Source of the DNA: Mobula hypostoma
Taxonomy: Eukaryota
NCBI RefSeq assembly: GCF_963921235.1
Contig: NC_086118.1
Coordinates: 26,166,001 to 26,230,000 of the forward strand
Direction: 5' to 3'
Length of the DNA: 64,000 nt
Shown piece after piece: positions 36,093 to 50,320 of this stretch. The notes beneath the pieces were generated by a model. That model ran no database searches and was not told the origin of the DNA. It saw nothing but the letters and a program-made list of their open reading frames with translations. The position numbers and the translations under genes are program-made. Numbering within the stretch: the first letter of the stretch is position 1; every line of letters starts with the position of its first letter.

Positions 36093-38439
36093 TGAAACAC
36101 AGGTCACTCCTAGGTTCTGGCAGGGTTCAGTTCCTGTGGACTACTCGTGAACTGAAAAGTCTGCAAGTTGGACATGTGGCTGTTGGACTGAGTTCACACT
36201 CAACAGAAGAAGCCCGGTAGCAACAGGGAAATCCATCCTACTGGAATGTCCCAGCTGAACAGCATTCGTAAGCTGGGAGGACCTGTAACACTAGTCCCCA
36301 AAAATTGTCTTTGTAATGGAGTATCAGAAACATGACATACAATGACTCTATTCAACCCCTTAAGTCTTAACCCTATAGTGACTCTCTTTCTTGATACAGG
36401 TACCTTTTCTTTGAAGGGTTTATAATGTGCTGTGATATGACCAGCATACCAATGTTGGATACAGTATCTGAGCCTATCACATCTCATGTTGACTGGGATT
36501 CTCTCAGTAAGAGACAATATTTCATCACCAGACAACAATACACTCAGAGAATAAAGAACCATGTCAAATAAACTGATGTTTCACACCAGTGGTCAAGTTC
36601 CTTGTCAATATTCAGCAACTTTGGTTCAATATTTCAATTTACATTCACTACTGCCCGATTCTGCTGTGCTTAGCTGCTGTATAATTTAACAAAGCTGATA
36701 ACTATTCAAGTTAAGACAGCTGTGTCTAGAAACTGGGCTTTCGTTGTATTTAGGGTCCCCCAGTTGGGGTTCCGAACCAACAATCTAGGAGCACAAGTGC
36801 ACTTCCCACCTGGGGCATCTGGGGAACTCAAGCAGAACTTAATTTAAATTAGCCTGAGTAAAATTAATACTAAAACTGCTATGCTGATGTAAAACCTACC
36901 CAATTCATTAATATATTCCCAGGAAGGAACCCTGTGTTCCTTACCCAGTGCGGCCTAAATGCAACTCCAGACTCTCCAATATGGTTAATTCTTTGATGCC
37001 TCTTCTTTTCCGTGGAACTTTACGGTTAGATAATAAATTCTGCCATGACCATCTGTGCCCACATCCTGTGAACGCTCTGACGCTCTGAATGGGTAATATG
37101 TGCAGCATATTAATGGGTAATATGTGACTGATGGTGCAGTGATGCAAGTAAACCTAGAAACATTTGGAATCATGACACATTCCCAAAACAAAAAAAGATG
37201 CTTTATTTCATGTGCAGGGTACTGAGGAAGAGTGCAATATGGTTGAATTTCTAGACCACCATCTTGTGTACAGAAATGGTACGATCAGATTTAGAGAAAG
37301 GGCCAGAGTTTTATTTTGGTTGTTTAAATTTGTCAGTTTGTGATGCTGGCCATCTCACCTCTCCAACTTTAGTCTGGATTCAGGGTTTCAACCCGAAACG
37401 TTAACATCTTCTTTCCTCCCACTAATGCTGCTTGACTGCTGAATTCCTCCAGCAGATTGCTTGCTGCTCCAGATTCTCTTGTGTCCTGGCCTGTGCTCTA
37501 CTTCCAATGTTTGCCTTCTCAGGAGGCCGGTGGGACACAATCTGCAAATGAGTCTCCCAAATAGAGGTAGCTCTTCCCACCCTCTATCAGTGCTACCAAT
37601 CCTCCCATCCCTCAATCCTGTCAATGTCAGATCAGATTCCAAACCCCCCCACCCCTTCAATCTTTTTGCAGTTTTGTAGGTGCCCTGCAAATCCTGTCTG
37701 ACAGTGCTGACAAAACTTTTAATACTGCACTGGCTTCTCTCCAGTCTCAAATGACGTTGAGGTATCTTTTCTCAGTTCCTGAAATCTCTCTAGAGATTCC
37801 CATAAGCTGTCCCAAAGTCTTGCATCAGGCACTGCTGCCCACTTCTTCCTCCAGACAGTTGAATCTGCTTCACAAGCTCCTCAGATCTAGAGCTGTCTGT
37901 AAAGCTGAAAAAAATCAGTGCTGCTACTAATCCCACTTGGCATATTATGTCAGTTCCTATCAAACTCCTGACTGATCTTGAAGCGTATCTTTGCAGAGTG
38001 GCTGGCATTTAATTAACTGCCTGCCATCCTGCTGTCCCAGGAACCATGGTCTGTAAAATGAAGATGTATTTATCATTGCATGAAAGAGCTAAATGAAGTC
38101 CAAACTGTGTCTTGAGGATGTAATGCTAGTTAATTAATCAATTGACAGCTGCAAAGCTGCATGTGACCAAATACGGAAATGGACTTCTGTAAACAGAACC
38201 ACAATTAATTGTTAATATAGGACTGTAATTACTGAGGAGTACAATGGCCACTTTTACACACATTACAACACAATCAATTAAAGGTACTGCAAGCAGCAAT
38301 AACCTCAAGTATTATTAGTGTCATGATTTTGTTAAAATAACAGTGACAATTCAAGAAATTAAAAGTTATACTGTAAGTGGAAAGAACTTCCAAGAACATT
38401 GTGGAGATCTAGAAAAGAAATTGTGGAGTCCTGGCTGAA

Positions 38440-39902
38440 ATACATGCATATATAATAATACATCATTAGTGACAGATGCAGTGCAGGAAGACTGGAGGGT
38501 GGCTAATGTTGAATCTTTATTTATGAAGGGCTGCAAAGAAAAACTGGGCAATACAGACCATTAGGCCTAATATTTAGCCCAGTAGGTGAGTAGAAGAGGA
38601 GATTCTGAGGGATAAGAAACACAAGCATTTGGAAAGATATGGGTTGATTAGGGACAGTTAGCATGGCTCTGTGGGTGGGAGATCATTGCTGAAGAATTGT
38701 GGTTGAGTTTTTGATTAAGTAACCAAGATGATCGATTATGGCAGGGCAGTAGATGGAGTATATGCAAACTTCAGTAAGGCCTTTGATAAGGTGGAAAGTT
38801 AGAGTTCAAGGCATCCAAGGAAAGCTAGCTAGTTGGACACAGAATTGGCTTGAAGGTATGAAGCAGAGGGAGATGGTAGAAGGTTGATTTGGACAGGAGA
38901 CCTGTGACTAGTGGTGTTCCCCAAGGCCAATGTAAGAGCCACAAAGCCCCGTGCCCCCCCCCATGCACGAGCAGCATCAACCCTTGCCCCACTTATTCTA
39001 GCGTAGTTGGTAAGTTTGCTGATGAAACTAAAATAAAGTGGTTTCATCAACAGTGAAGAAGCGTATTTGGAATTACAGAGGAATCTTGATCTGCTGGGTA
39101 AGTAGGCTAAGGAATAATAATTGCGAGGTGTTACATTTTCGGAAGGTAAATGAGAAAAGGGCTTTCACAATGAATGGTATGGCCCTGTAGAGTACTGAAC
39201 AGTGGGACCAAGGAGTAGAAGTACATGATTTCCTGAAACTGGCACCACAGTTAGACAGGATGGGGAGAGCAGCTTTTGGCATACTGGCCTTCGTCATTCA
39301 GGGCATTGAGTATAAAGGTTGGGAGGTTATGCTGCAGTTGTGCAAGACGTTGGTGAGGCTGCATTTAGAACCCTGCGTTCAGTTTTGGTCATCCTGCTCC
39401 AGGAAGTATGCCATAAGCTGGAAAGAGTGCCGAGGAGCTTAATGAAGATGCCAAGACCTGAAGGACTGAACTATAGAGAGAGGTTGAGCAATGATAAAAT
39501 TGGCTTTCTTTCACTGGAGCACAGGAGAATGAGGGGTGATCTGATAGAGGTGTATAAAAATAAAAGAGGCAAGGATAAGATGAATGTGCACAGTCTTTTT
39601 CCCTAGTTTTAGGGAATCAGGAATTAGAGGGCGTAAGTTAAAGTCAGAGAGAAGAAATTTAATAAGAAGTTCAGGGGCAATGTTTTCACACAGAGATTGA
39701 CCTGTATATGGAATGAACTGCCAGAGGAAGTAGTTCAGGCAGATACATTAACAGAATTTAAAAGGTATTTGAACAAGTACATGGATAAGAAAGGTTTACA
39801 GGGATGTGGCCCAAATGGAATTGGTTTAATAGGAATCTTGGTCGGCATGGGCCACTTGAGTCGAAGGGCTAGTTTCTGTGCTGTATGACTCTGTGATTCT
39901 GT
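38440..39902 (+). mobile_element. Decayed CR1 LINE
   Basis: 'ttcagtaaggcctttgataaggt' (FSKAFDKV), 'aagtttgctgatga' (KFAD), KTLVRLHLE.CVQFWS, RRMRGDLIEVYK; (atgactct)n tail. Confidence 0.85.
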
Positions 39903-40753
39903 GAAGGGATATATTTTTAAGAAGTTAGCTCTTAGACTTGAAGGTCAATTGTGAACTGTGAGAAGTCAAGGGATTAAATGTGATAGCCAAAATGGATCAA
40001 ATTGGTGCTTGAAGGAAGTGCATGCTCTAAATAAAAGCCCTAAATGAAACGTGAGCAAACAGCTTGCTACTGAAGTTGCTCACGGAAGATCGTGTTCTGC
40101 TAATTCTAAGAAAACCAGTGCCTATGCACAAAAGAACACTTGTTGGTTAAACTGAAACCTTGCCAAAAGCCACAAAGTATTTCTAAGCAAATACGAGTCC
40201 AGGTTAATTATTTCTTAATAGTTGTTTGGTGCTGCAGATATAGGGGATCAGAAGTCCTCATTCATGTCAGGATCTGGCATTGATCTGCTTTGAAGCTGTG
40301 CAACTAACCAGCTCTCTTGGTTGCACTTATTAAAAATACTTGTTAAGGTGGCTGTATTTAGCCTTCAACAGAAGTTAATACATTAGATGATCCTCTGTAT
40401 AAACACAGGAGTAAGCCAGCCCCTTTTAAGGCCACAAAAGCTGAAGGCTAACGAAAAAGAATCAGGCCAGTTAAATTTGATTTGCTGAGGAAGATTAAAA
40501 CTTGAAGTATACTTGTTTGTTTTGGGCACATTTCAATCTACACATAATCTTAAGGCTGAGCAAACATAAACGGTTGGAGGGACTCAGCAGGTCAAGCAAC
40601 ATCTGTGGAGGCAAAAGAATGGTTTCAGGACAAGACCCTGCATTATTTTTAATGATCTTAAGGCTGTCCTGTTGTGTGACATTTGCATAAGTTAATGTAA
40701 CAATCTTGATCAAGGATATGTTGCGCCAAAGTGCCAGAATAACGAGACCCTAC

Positions 40754-40982
40754 CTGTATAGTGACCTCCTTGCATGCTCCCATGGTGGTTGCACACAGCA
40801 TACAAGTCATACACAAAGCTTTCGTCTTTACTCCCAGAGGGAGTACGTGGGCGTCGCCATGGTGACCAATGGGTTAAGAAGTTTTTAGTGCTCTGATTTC
40901 TCTTCACTACATGTGGTGCCATGTCAATGCCAATGAGTGGAAATTTCACTAGGGTGGACAACTTGGTTCTTCTCTCTCCCAC
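40754..40982 (-). CDS. USP43: USP43 coding exon with catalytic His box: VGERRTKLSTLVKFPL...YDLYAVCNHHGSMQGGHYT
   Basis: Acceptor ccatttttcag, donor gtaggg; 229 bp, phase 0/1; USP His box (GGHY). Confidence 0.95.
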
Positions 40983-41251
40983 CTGAAAAATGGAAACATA
41001 ATACCATATATTAAACTTGTATGTCTGTCTGATATTTTAATAAAGAAAAACTTTGAAAAAAATTTTGTCAGCATCATTATGAACAAATTATTGTCATAAT
41101 CCTTTCAGTTCCCACAATTCATGGGGAGAGAATAAAAATGTCTTCTTCTCCCTCATGTCCCAGTTAGTTACATGAAAATACTGATGCAAAAACAAATTAT
41201 AACTGTATTTTGACAACTTTGTATTATTTGAAAGATTATTAAACCCACAAT

Positions 41252-43338
41252 CTTTTTTTTGTATTTAATATGTTTATTAGTTTCTAGAATGAAGGAAAAC
41301 AAACGCAGTAAAGAAGAAATTTGTACAGTGCAAAACAAAGGTATCTAATGTACAGTTCATAACAGTTTAAAAAAAAGCACCCATGGTAGAATCATATATA
41401 GTTAGTTACCACCCCACCCTCCCATTACCCAACTCCAAGCCAACCTTACAATATATAGAAAAGTTAATCAGAACTTTTATCTCCACAGAGCTGTATTTAT
41501 AAAAAGAAGGTATGTTGCCTACTAGCTAGGCTATAGTATGTTTACACATCAAAAACAGTAAATCTTAACCAAAAGAAGCTGGAAGTAAGGGATTTATATG
41601 CAGAAGAAATGAAAAGGGATGGACCTTTAACCTAAGAAGGAATTATGAAAATATTCAAGAAAAGGTCCCCACACCCTTTGGAACTTTATGTCCGAATTAA
41701 GAAGTGAATAATGGATCTTTTCAAGGTCTAAGAAGGACATAATGTCTCTGAGCCATTGAGCATGAGTGGGTGGGGCAGCATCTCTCCACCGAAGAAGGAC
41801 TGCGCATCTGGCTAAAAGAGAGGCAAAGGACAGTGTACGACGTTTAGTCGGACTCAGGTGTGTGTCAACCTCTCCTGAGGTGCCAAAAAGAGCAATCAGA
41901 GGATTAGGTTCCAAATGGTAATGAAGTATATGGGATAAAGTTAGAAAGACATCTCTCCAGTACTTCTCCAAGCCAGGGCAAGTCCAATACATATGAATAA
42001 GGGAAGCCTCACCCCCTTTACACTTGTCGCAACAGGGACTAATATCTGGATAGAACCGCGATAATTTAGTTTTAGACATATGAGCCCTGTGTATGACATT
42101 AAACTATAACAGGCAGTGGCGAGCACATAAAGAAGTTGAATTAACTGACTTGAGAATTGAATCCCATACATCATTGGACAAAGGAAAATTTAAATCTTGC
42201 TCCCAGGCAGTTTTAATTTTGTCAAGGGGAGCTCACCTCAAAGTCGCTAACTTATCTCGAATAGTAGATATTAAATCTTTACACAATGGATTCATATGAA
42301 GAAACAAGTCAACATCATTTTTATCTGATACCTTAGGGAAGTTTGATAATAAAGGGTTGATAAAATGTCTAATTTGGAGATATCTAAAGAAGTGAGTGTT
42401 CGGTACGTTGAACTTTACAGACAGTTGTTCAAAAGAAGCAAAGCAATTGTCTATGAAAAGATCTTCAAAACATCTGATGCCCTGTCTGTGCCAGACTTGA
42501 AATGTTAAATCATGCATAGAAGGCTGAAAGAGATGATTATGTAAGATAGGACTAGAGAGAGAGAAACCGTGAAGACCATTATACTTTCTAAACTGAGCCC
42601 AAATTCTCAGAGTGTGCCTGATAGCAGGATTATCAATTGGTTTAGGAGGACGGCAAGGAAGTGCGGATCCAAGGAAATGGAGAAAATCTTATTAAAATTC
42701 AACTCCATTGCCACCCATTTGGGCAGTCAGACTGATTATGAAAGTAAGACCAAAAGGTAAGACAACGTATGTTGGCTGCCCAGTAATATAAGTGGAAATT
42801 GGGCAAGGTTATACCCCCTACACTTTTAGGATTTTGAAGGTGAGCTTTATTTAGTCAATGGAATAATTGAGTCTAACAAGTCGAAGAAAGCTTTAGAAAT
42901 AAAAGTTGGTAAAGATTGAAATAAGTATAAAAATTTAGGAAGGATATACACTTTAATGACATTAATTTGACCCATTAGGGACATGGACAGGGGTGACCAC
43001 TGTAGTAAACTCTGTACTGTGATTTAAGAGATCAGTAAAAGTTTCTCCAAAAAGACGCTTATAATTCTTTGTTACTGTAATGCCAAGGCAAGTAAATTGA
43101 TTATTCACTACTTTAAAAGGGAGTTTGTGAAACTCTAATATTTGTGTTTCTCTGTTTATTGGAAAGAGTTCACTCTTATGTAAATTAAGTTTGTCACCGG
43201 AAAACTGGCTAAATTTGTTAAGGAGTGAAAACATTGGGGGTAAGGAGGTAGTTGGATTTGATATAAAAAGTAAAAGATCATCAGCATAAAGAGAGACTTT
43301 GTGCTCAACACCCACCCCCCAAATCCCCATCAGATCAG
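41252..43338 (-). mobile_element. 5'-truncated L1-clade LINE (RT C-half + C-terminal Cys domain)
   Basis: HKVSLYADDLLLFISNP..KLNLHKSE; C-terminal CDKCKGGEASLIHMYWTCP; AATAAA and short poly(A) at 41252-41278; frameshifts. Confidence 0.88.
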
Positions 43339-43344
43339 CACATA

Positions 43345-44900
43345 GCCCTCTATTTTTCTAAGCTCCGTGTACCTATCCAGGAGTCTCTTAAAAGACCCTA
43401 TCGTATCTGCCTCCACCACCGTTGCCAGTAGCCCATTCCACGCATTCAGCACGTACAGCATGCAAACAGGCTATCTGCCCATCCATGTTAATTCCACTTC
43501 TCAACGCTTGCCCATGGTCTTCTAAACTTAAAACGATTCATATTATCATGTAAGTAATTCTTAGGTGCTGCCAGCAATTCTGCTGCCACCACACTTCCAA
43601 GTAGTGCATTCCCAGTACTCACCAATCTATGGATAAAAATGACCCTAATCAGATCCCCTCTAAGGCTCTTACACTTAACTCTACACCTATATTCTTTAGT
43701 TTTACCTACCTTTGACAAGGGGCCAATTTTCCCCACAATCTATCCCATCTATGCCCCTCATAACTATACACCTCAACCATAACCCTCTTAACCTCTTCCA
43801 CTCCAGACAAACAGACCTAGCCTGTCCCACAGTCATCTGATAGACAGTGAAGGTTTAAAAATCTCAGTCAGAGTTCTAACAATTTCTTCCTTTGCCACCC
43901 ATAGCAGCCTAGGAGAAATTTTAGCTGACCCTGGGAATTTATCTACCTGTAAACCCAAATAAATGGAGTGCTTCTGTTTTATTTATGGAGACCTGAATAG
44001 AATTTCATTTTCTTCTTTGCTGTACACCATCTACAACGTCCCTTTCCTTTGTGAATCCTGATGAAAAATATTCATTTAGGGCCTCACCTATACCTTTTGA
44101 TTCCATGCATAGATTGCCCCCATTGTCTTTAGTGGGGCTGATATTTTGCCTAATAACTCTTTTCCCTTAATAAAATTATAAAACATAATAAAATTTACTT
44201 TAATCCTGTCTGCCAGTGATAATTCATCATACCGCTATGCCTTCCTTATTTTCTTTTTAATTGCCTCCCAATACTTTCTGTAGCTTAGCAGACCTTCCCC
44301 TTCTTTAGTTCTCTATACCAGCCATACGCTACCTAACCTTCAATATTCCTCAACATCCAGAATTCCCTGTACCTGCTTCCTCTGGCTTTCACCTCGGAGG
44401 AATATGCTGGCCTTGAACTCTTGAATGATTCTCACAGTGTAGAGGAAGACATACCTGCAAGGCTCTCAGTCTTGGGCATATTAACTCCAACCTTATTTTA
44501 ATGGCATAGGACTTCCCCTCCCTAATTTGTCACCTTTATCACTGGTCTACCCCTACCTTTCCACACTCACTTTGAAATATATGAAGTTATGGTCACTATT
44601 TCCAAAATGCTCCCCCACTCACACTGTCTCCACTCGACCAGTTATGTTTCCCACTGTCCAAGAATGCTCCTTCCTTTGTTGGTTTATCTCTTTACTGTAA
44701 CAAGGAGCTCGCCAGCATACATCTCAAAAACCCAACCTATTCGAGCTGTTTATGCTAAAATAATCCCAGTTAGCATCCAGGCATTTGAAATCTCCTTGGA
44801 CAATAACTCTCCTTTTTATTACATTGCTCTGCTATTTGCCTACAATTCTGCTCCTCTATCTTGTGTTCACTGTTATGAGGTCCGTAATACAACCCTAGAA
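43345..44900 (-). mobile_element. Decayed CR1 fragments
   Basis: Reverse-strand CR1 3' end pieces and endonuclease-region remnants (LGLYYGPHNS..IEEQ.CRQI). Confidence 0.6.
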
Positions 44901-45978
44901 AAGTGACAACCACCTCCTTGTTGAGCATTTCTGAATTTTGCCAGATGCAAATGTGAGTCAGAGATAGCTGCTGTAATTGTTTAAATGATTCTTGAAGACA
45001 TGTCCTGTACAATCTCTTAAACAGATGTGCAAATTACAGTACCCACGGAGTGTTCAAAATAATGACATAAACTGTTTTAATGTCACATTATGAGATAATA
45101 GGCTGGACTAATCTTTCCACTGAGAACAACCAGCTCCCTACACTCCATGTTCAACACAACCTGGACGCCTGCTCGTGGTCAAACATAGAAATCCGAGATG
45201 AGAAGAATCAGATAATATTGTTCTGATCTCTTGTTCCACTGCTCAAGTGTCCACCAATCCCAGTGGTAGGGCATTAGAGCAGAGGTGCTGGATGGATTCA
45301 GCAAGAGGATCCTCAGCATCACACCAAAGTTGTCTGGTGCAGGAGCAGCAACACCATTTTGAATATGGTCATTGCTCTTCCGACGAAAGATGTGAAGGTA
45401 AAAATTTTACTTGCTTCAGTACTAAACTGTTTTTTTAAATATATTTTTCAACTAATAGTAATTTATTTAAATCTACTCCAAAAGTCAATAAATGTCTTGA
45501 GGGAAAAATGGCCATCAAGATTTTCTGGGAAATGAGCTTCAGGGTCTTACATTCAGAGGATGCTCTGTATCTGAATGGATGGGAACTGCATGCAGTGAGA
45601 CGGGCTGTAGGTTGTACACAGGTCACATGTGTGTTGGATTGTGATGCAATTTTAATAAAAAGACATTAACTTGTTTACACTAATTTTAGAAGTAGAATTT
45701 AATAGCAAGACTGAAATACATCATTATTAAGCACACAATCAACTCAAATGCGGGACAAATTTAAGTTTATGCATTCTCATTCACAAAGAGCAATGCTACA
45801 CATTTTGGTGGCCCAAGTCATTGAAAAATACAGAACGAAACAAATTTCTTTACAAAATGGTGCACTGCTCGGACAGCCAATAAGAACACACTTAACCATG
45901 GCATCCAATGACAGTCAGTGCACATCAAATAATAAATATTAAATAAATAACTACTCCTTTTTTTTTTATCATAAATAC

Positions 45979-46098
45979 CTGGCGAAATCGTTTCAGGTGA
46001 ATTATAAGAATGTCGGGCAAAGTCCATAGATTAAGCTTAACCATTCCCTGCTGAAGATTTTTGCAGTGGGGGCACCGCCAGGCATCATCTGGAGCCAG
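45979..46098 (-). CDS. USP43: USP43 coding exon: LAPDDAWRCPHCKNLQQGMVKLNLWTLPDILIIHLKRFRQ
   Basis: Acceptor tttttctacag, donor gtattt; 120 bp, phase 0/0; Zn-ribbon CPHC and 'LP.ILIIHLKRF' USP box. Confidence 0.95.
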
Positions 46099-46659
46099 CT
46101 GTAGAAAAAGAAATGACTCACATTATCATGCTTTTCATCATTGAGAAATAGCTTGTACCAGAAAATAGGATCTAATGTTTAGGGTGTGCATTCTTTGTAC
46201 CTCAAATGTGGCAACAAGTACTATGCCACAACATGATGCCACATCAGTGATCAACAAACAATAATTCATGAGCAGCAGTTCAGCAGTTGGTAAAGTGCTG
46301 TGTGCAGCTGGACTGTTGGAAACTGGGTGCCAATAACTCACAAGCACCAACAGAAGGGTGACCTATTTTCATGAACCTCATGGGGACTGGCATGGTCGAG
46401 ATCCGACACCAAGCCATTTGCTCAAACCTCCATAGGGAATGGTTGATTTTATGAGGAACAATTCAATGATATGGGAGAAAAGAGTAAACTAAAGACTTTC
46501 CTGCAGCCAAACTAAACCCAATTAAGGTCCAGATGCATTGTTAAGAATTTCCTTTGTAGGATGCAAAATTTAGCTTCCATCAATGACTTTTTTAAAGATA
46601 TACAGTGTGTGATTCTTTTTATTTCCTCCCCACCACTCAATAGTAGTAGTAATATCTGG

Positions 46660-46975
46660 CTCAGTAGCGTAACTGTTGGTGCAGTTGCATTACAACAGCA
46701 GGGATCATCAATCAGCAATCAATTCCCTCCACCGTCATTAAGGAGTCTGTATGTTCTCCGCGACCACATGAATTTCCTCTGTGTGCTGCGGTTTCCTCTA
46801 CAATTCCACAGACATAAGGGATAGGGTTAGGAATTGTGGGCATGCTATATTGGCACCAGCAGTGTGATGACACTTGCGGCTGCCCCAGCATAACCTCGCT
46901 GATTCGATTTGACGCACACAATGCACTTCACTATACGTTTTGATGTAATGTGACAAATGGTGCCCAAAAAGAATG
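46660..46975 (+). mobile_element. tRNA-derived SINE
   Basis: Head agtagcgtaactgtt..caattccc; central gtatgttctccgcgacc..ggtttcctctacaattcca; its 3' part recurs at 56080-56235. Confidence 0.6.
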
Positions 46976-47019
46976 TGATATAAGCTGTCTCAATGACTAT
47001 CATCCAGTAGCACTTACAT

Positions 47020-47997
47020 CCCCTATGATGAAGTGATTTGAGAGGTTGGTGATGAAAGATATCAACTCCTGCCTGAGGAGGGGCTTGGATCCACTCCAGT
47101 TTGCCTACCGTCACAACAGGTAAACAGCAGGTGCCATTTCACTCAACTCTGGAACATCTGGACAGTGAAGATGCATACATCAGGATGTTCTTCATTGACT
47201 ACAGCTCTGCATTATTAACTAGCTGATTATTAACTTCAGGAGGAAGAAACAAGAGGTCCATGAGTCAATCGTCATTGGGGCTCAGAGATGGAGAGGGTCA
47301 GCAACTTTAAATTCCTTGGCGCTATCATTGTAGAGGATCTGCCCTGGGTCCAACACATAAGTGCCACTACGAAGAAAGCACGGCAATGCTTCTATTTTCT
47401 TAAGAGGTTTGCAAAGATTCATCATGTCACCTAAAACTTCTACAGATGTGTGGTGGAGAGTGTATCGACAGACTACATCACGCCCTGGCGTGAAATACCA
47501 ATGCCCTTGAATGGAAAAGCCTACAAAAGATAACGGATACGGCCTAGACCATCACAGATAAAGACCTCCCCACCACTGAGCCCATCTACAGGGAGCAGTG
47601 TCACATCCATCATCAGGGAGCCCCGGTATTCAAGCCCTGCTTTCTTCTTGCTGCTGCTATCCAGGAGGAGGTACAGGAGCCTCAGGGCCCACAAAACCAG
47701 GTTCAGGAACAGTTATTATCCCTCAGCCAGCACTGAACTGTTTCCACAACCTATGGGTTCACTCTCAAGAACTCCTCACATCGATATTTATTGCTTATTT
47801 ATTTATTATATTTTTTAATGTTTGTAATTGCAGAGTTTTTTGTCTTTTGGGTGGTTTGCCTGCCTTGTGTGTGAGTTTTCATTGATTCGCTGCTGTTTCT
47901 TTGTATCTACTGAGAATACCCACCAGAAAATGAATCTCAGGGTTATATATGGTGATATATATGAACTTGAGTAAGAAACTTACTTTGAACTTTGAAA
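47020..47997 (+). mobile_element. Decayed Rex1/Babar-like LINE fragment
   Basis: 'gatccactccagtttgcctaccg' (DPLQFAY), 'ttcattgactacagctctgc' (FIDYSSA), KKARQ; (actttga)n tail. Confidence 0.75.
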
Positions 47998-48629
47998 TAA
48001 AGCTAATTGGTTATCTTCATTTCTGATGTCACCTTCAGCCCAAAAGCTCTAAAAAAAACCCAGCAGAACTTCTCCCTCACAAAACAAGTCCTATGACTTC
48101 AAATACAGTCGCTCAGGTGAACCTAGACTACTTTATGTGTGGAGAATAAGGTCATGGTCACCCTCAGCTTCCTTGCCTCAGGATCACTCTGCCATGTCTA
48201 AACAGGCTGCTGCTCAAGCTTGATAAAGGAGATTACTCAAGCTCCATACTGAAGAATAGAATACATTATTTATTTTCTTTTGGAGCTCAAAAGCAGAGGG
48301 GGCTTGGAGATTTGCCTGTATGCCAGGCCTTCATACATTGCGCTCATGTTGTAACCTTCCTTACAGATGCCTGCCAAGTAACAACCTGTCAGGGGTGACT
48401 AACTCAGTTTCTGGAAGGTCACCGTGGATCCCTGCACCGTTCCTGCTCTGCACCAGCCTGCCTAGTTCCATAGTACAACCTGAGAATTTTCTCTTCCTGA
48501 AAACCCCAAGCATCACAACTGATCCCTGCAGGATCCATGCTTTAAGCAGTATCATGCCCTGTAGCTGGAAGAGTGTTGCTTGTCACATAATATGTTCTTT
48601 AATGTGCGGCCGTGGAGCTGTGTCTGGCT

Positions 48630-49492
48630 TCCGGTAAGATGGCGACGCGCTCTGATGCAGCGGCCTCTCTGGGTCCAAACAAAGGTGCAATTGTTCGTCC
48701 TTTACAACTTTTTTTTACATTCGCAAGACACTGCTGGATATTAAGAACAGTGAGTATGGCAGGTCTACCGAACTAGCAAGTTACTCAACAGTAGTAGAAC
48801 TAGACTTGTGCACTGTGTGGCAGCCTGCCTCAGCCACCTCAGGAGAAAGGCACCAACAGTGGTGGGCGATCCAGCCAACAGTGGAAATGATTGACTTGGA
48901 CATTTTCATTGTGATCACAAGACTCTGCTAAAAGTTGGTTGTGTAAAATACTGCGAGTCTGATTCATTGATTCATTGGCGTGACTGACGGCTGGGTTGCT
49001 GCATGGCCTCATCTGTGGCGTGGACTAGGACCTCAAGCGTCGGGGTAGCCTGTTGCGGCCACCCCGGAAAGAGAGGCTGGAGCTGGCCATGTGCCGCTGG
49101 ATTCCGTACTGAGTTGGGGACTGGTCCATCCTTTTGCTGCTTTTCCCCAGGGATCGCTCCTGGAAAGACAAGCCAGGCTGTGTTCGTCCGCACCTGCGTA
49201 AGACGAGGAATTGCTGCGGACTGTTCTTGCAGAAAAGTGGCTCCAGGAAAACATCCATGCACCATTAATCTACAGGCCACAACAATCACAGACTTGGGTT
49301 ATATTATTAATACGCTTTTTAAAAAATAGTTTTTGCAACTGTATGTTTTTCTACTATCATATTAACGTGTGCTTTATGCTGTGTGTGACTGTTGGTACTG
49401 CGTTTTGTACCTTAGCCCCAGAGGAACACTGCAGTGTTTGGCTGTATTCATGTGTATGATTGAATAACAATTTAACTTGAACTTGAGTTGAA
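48630..49492 (+). mobile_element. Non-coding retroelement starting tccggtAAGATGGCG
   Basis: CpG-rich head, LINE-like 3' end with (aacttg)n tail. Confidence 0.55.
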
Positions 49493-49511
49493 GTTTGCTG
49501 GGTCATTTAAG

Positions 49512-49788
49512 CGCTATGGTAGCGTAGCCGTTAAGAGCAACGCTATAACTGCACGGTGCATCAGAGTTCAGATTTCAATTCCGGCGCTGTCGCTAAGGGT
49601 TTGTTAATCACGGGGTTCCCTCCAGAAGCTCTGATTTCCTCCTACACTCCAAAAACATACCGGTTAGTAGGTTAATTGATCATTATAAATTGTCCAGTGA
49701 TTAAGCTAACATTAAATAGGTGTGCTGCTGGGTGATACGGTTCATTGGGTCGGAAGGCCTTTACATGCTACACCTCCAAATAAATAAA
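49512..49788 (+). mobile_element. tRNA-derived SINE
   Basis: A-box-like tggtagcgtagccg, B-box-like atttcaattcc, CR1-like 3' end, (aaat)n tail. Confidence 0.65.
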
Positions 49789-50190
49789 CTACATTGCTGC
49801 AGATGAGAGAGCACAAGTGGACAAGAATGGCAATGATGGTGAATTTCCTTAGTGAACTAGATGGGTTTTTACAACAGTCTTGGTTTCATGCTCATTGTTA
49901 CTAAGACCAGTGATTCCAATATCTCTTTTACAAGAGACACCCAGTGAATCAAACATCAGTGAATGTTGATGCTGCTGCAGCATTACGTGACACAGAGAAA
50001 CCTGCAATACTGTTCTGGAGACATTTCTATTAAAAACTGCAGTGTTTACAGGGCTATTGGAAATGTTGTTAGCTGTCGCACAATGTTATTTTAATGCAAT
50101 ATGTTAAGAAGATTTCTAAACCTGCAGCATTGAGGTATGGCATATATATATCATGGTCTACAAGTCATATAGCCCAAACACTCTTCTTAC

Positions 50191-50320
50191 TTGTTCCTCC
50201 TTTGTATAAAGTTCGAAGCATTCAGCCAATGTACAGCTGTGTGCCTGCTGATGTGCCTGCTGCTGGATGCGAACGCTCTCTGCATCCTGGATTACTTCTT
50301 CCTGAATACTTCCAAACACG
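50191..50320 (-). CDS. USP43: USP43 coding exon: VFGSIQEEVIQDAESVRIQQQAHQQAHSCTLAECFELYTKEEQ
   Basis: Acceptor tttacttttcag, donor gtaaga; 130 bp, phase 2/0; 'CTL.ECF.LYTKEEQ' USP motif. Confidence 0.92.
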
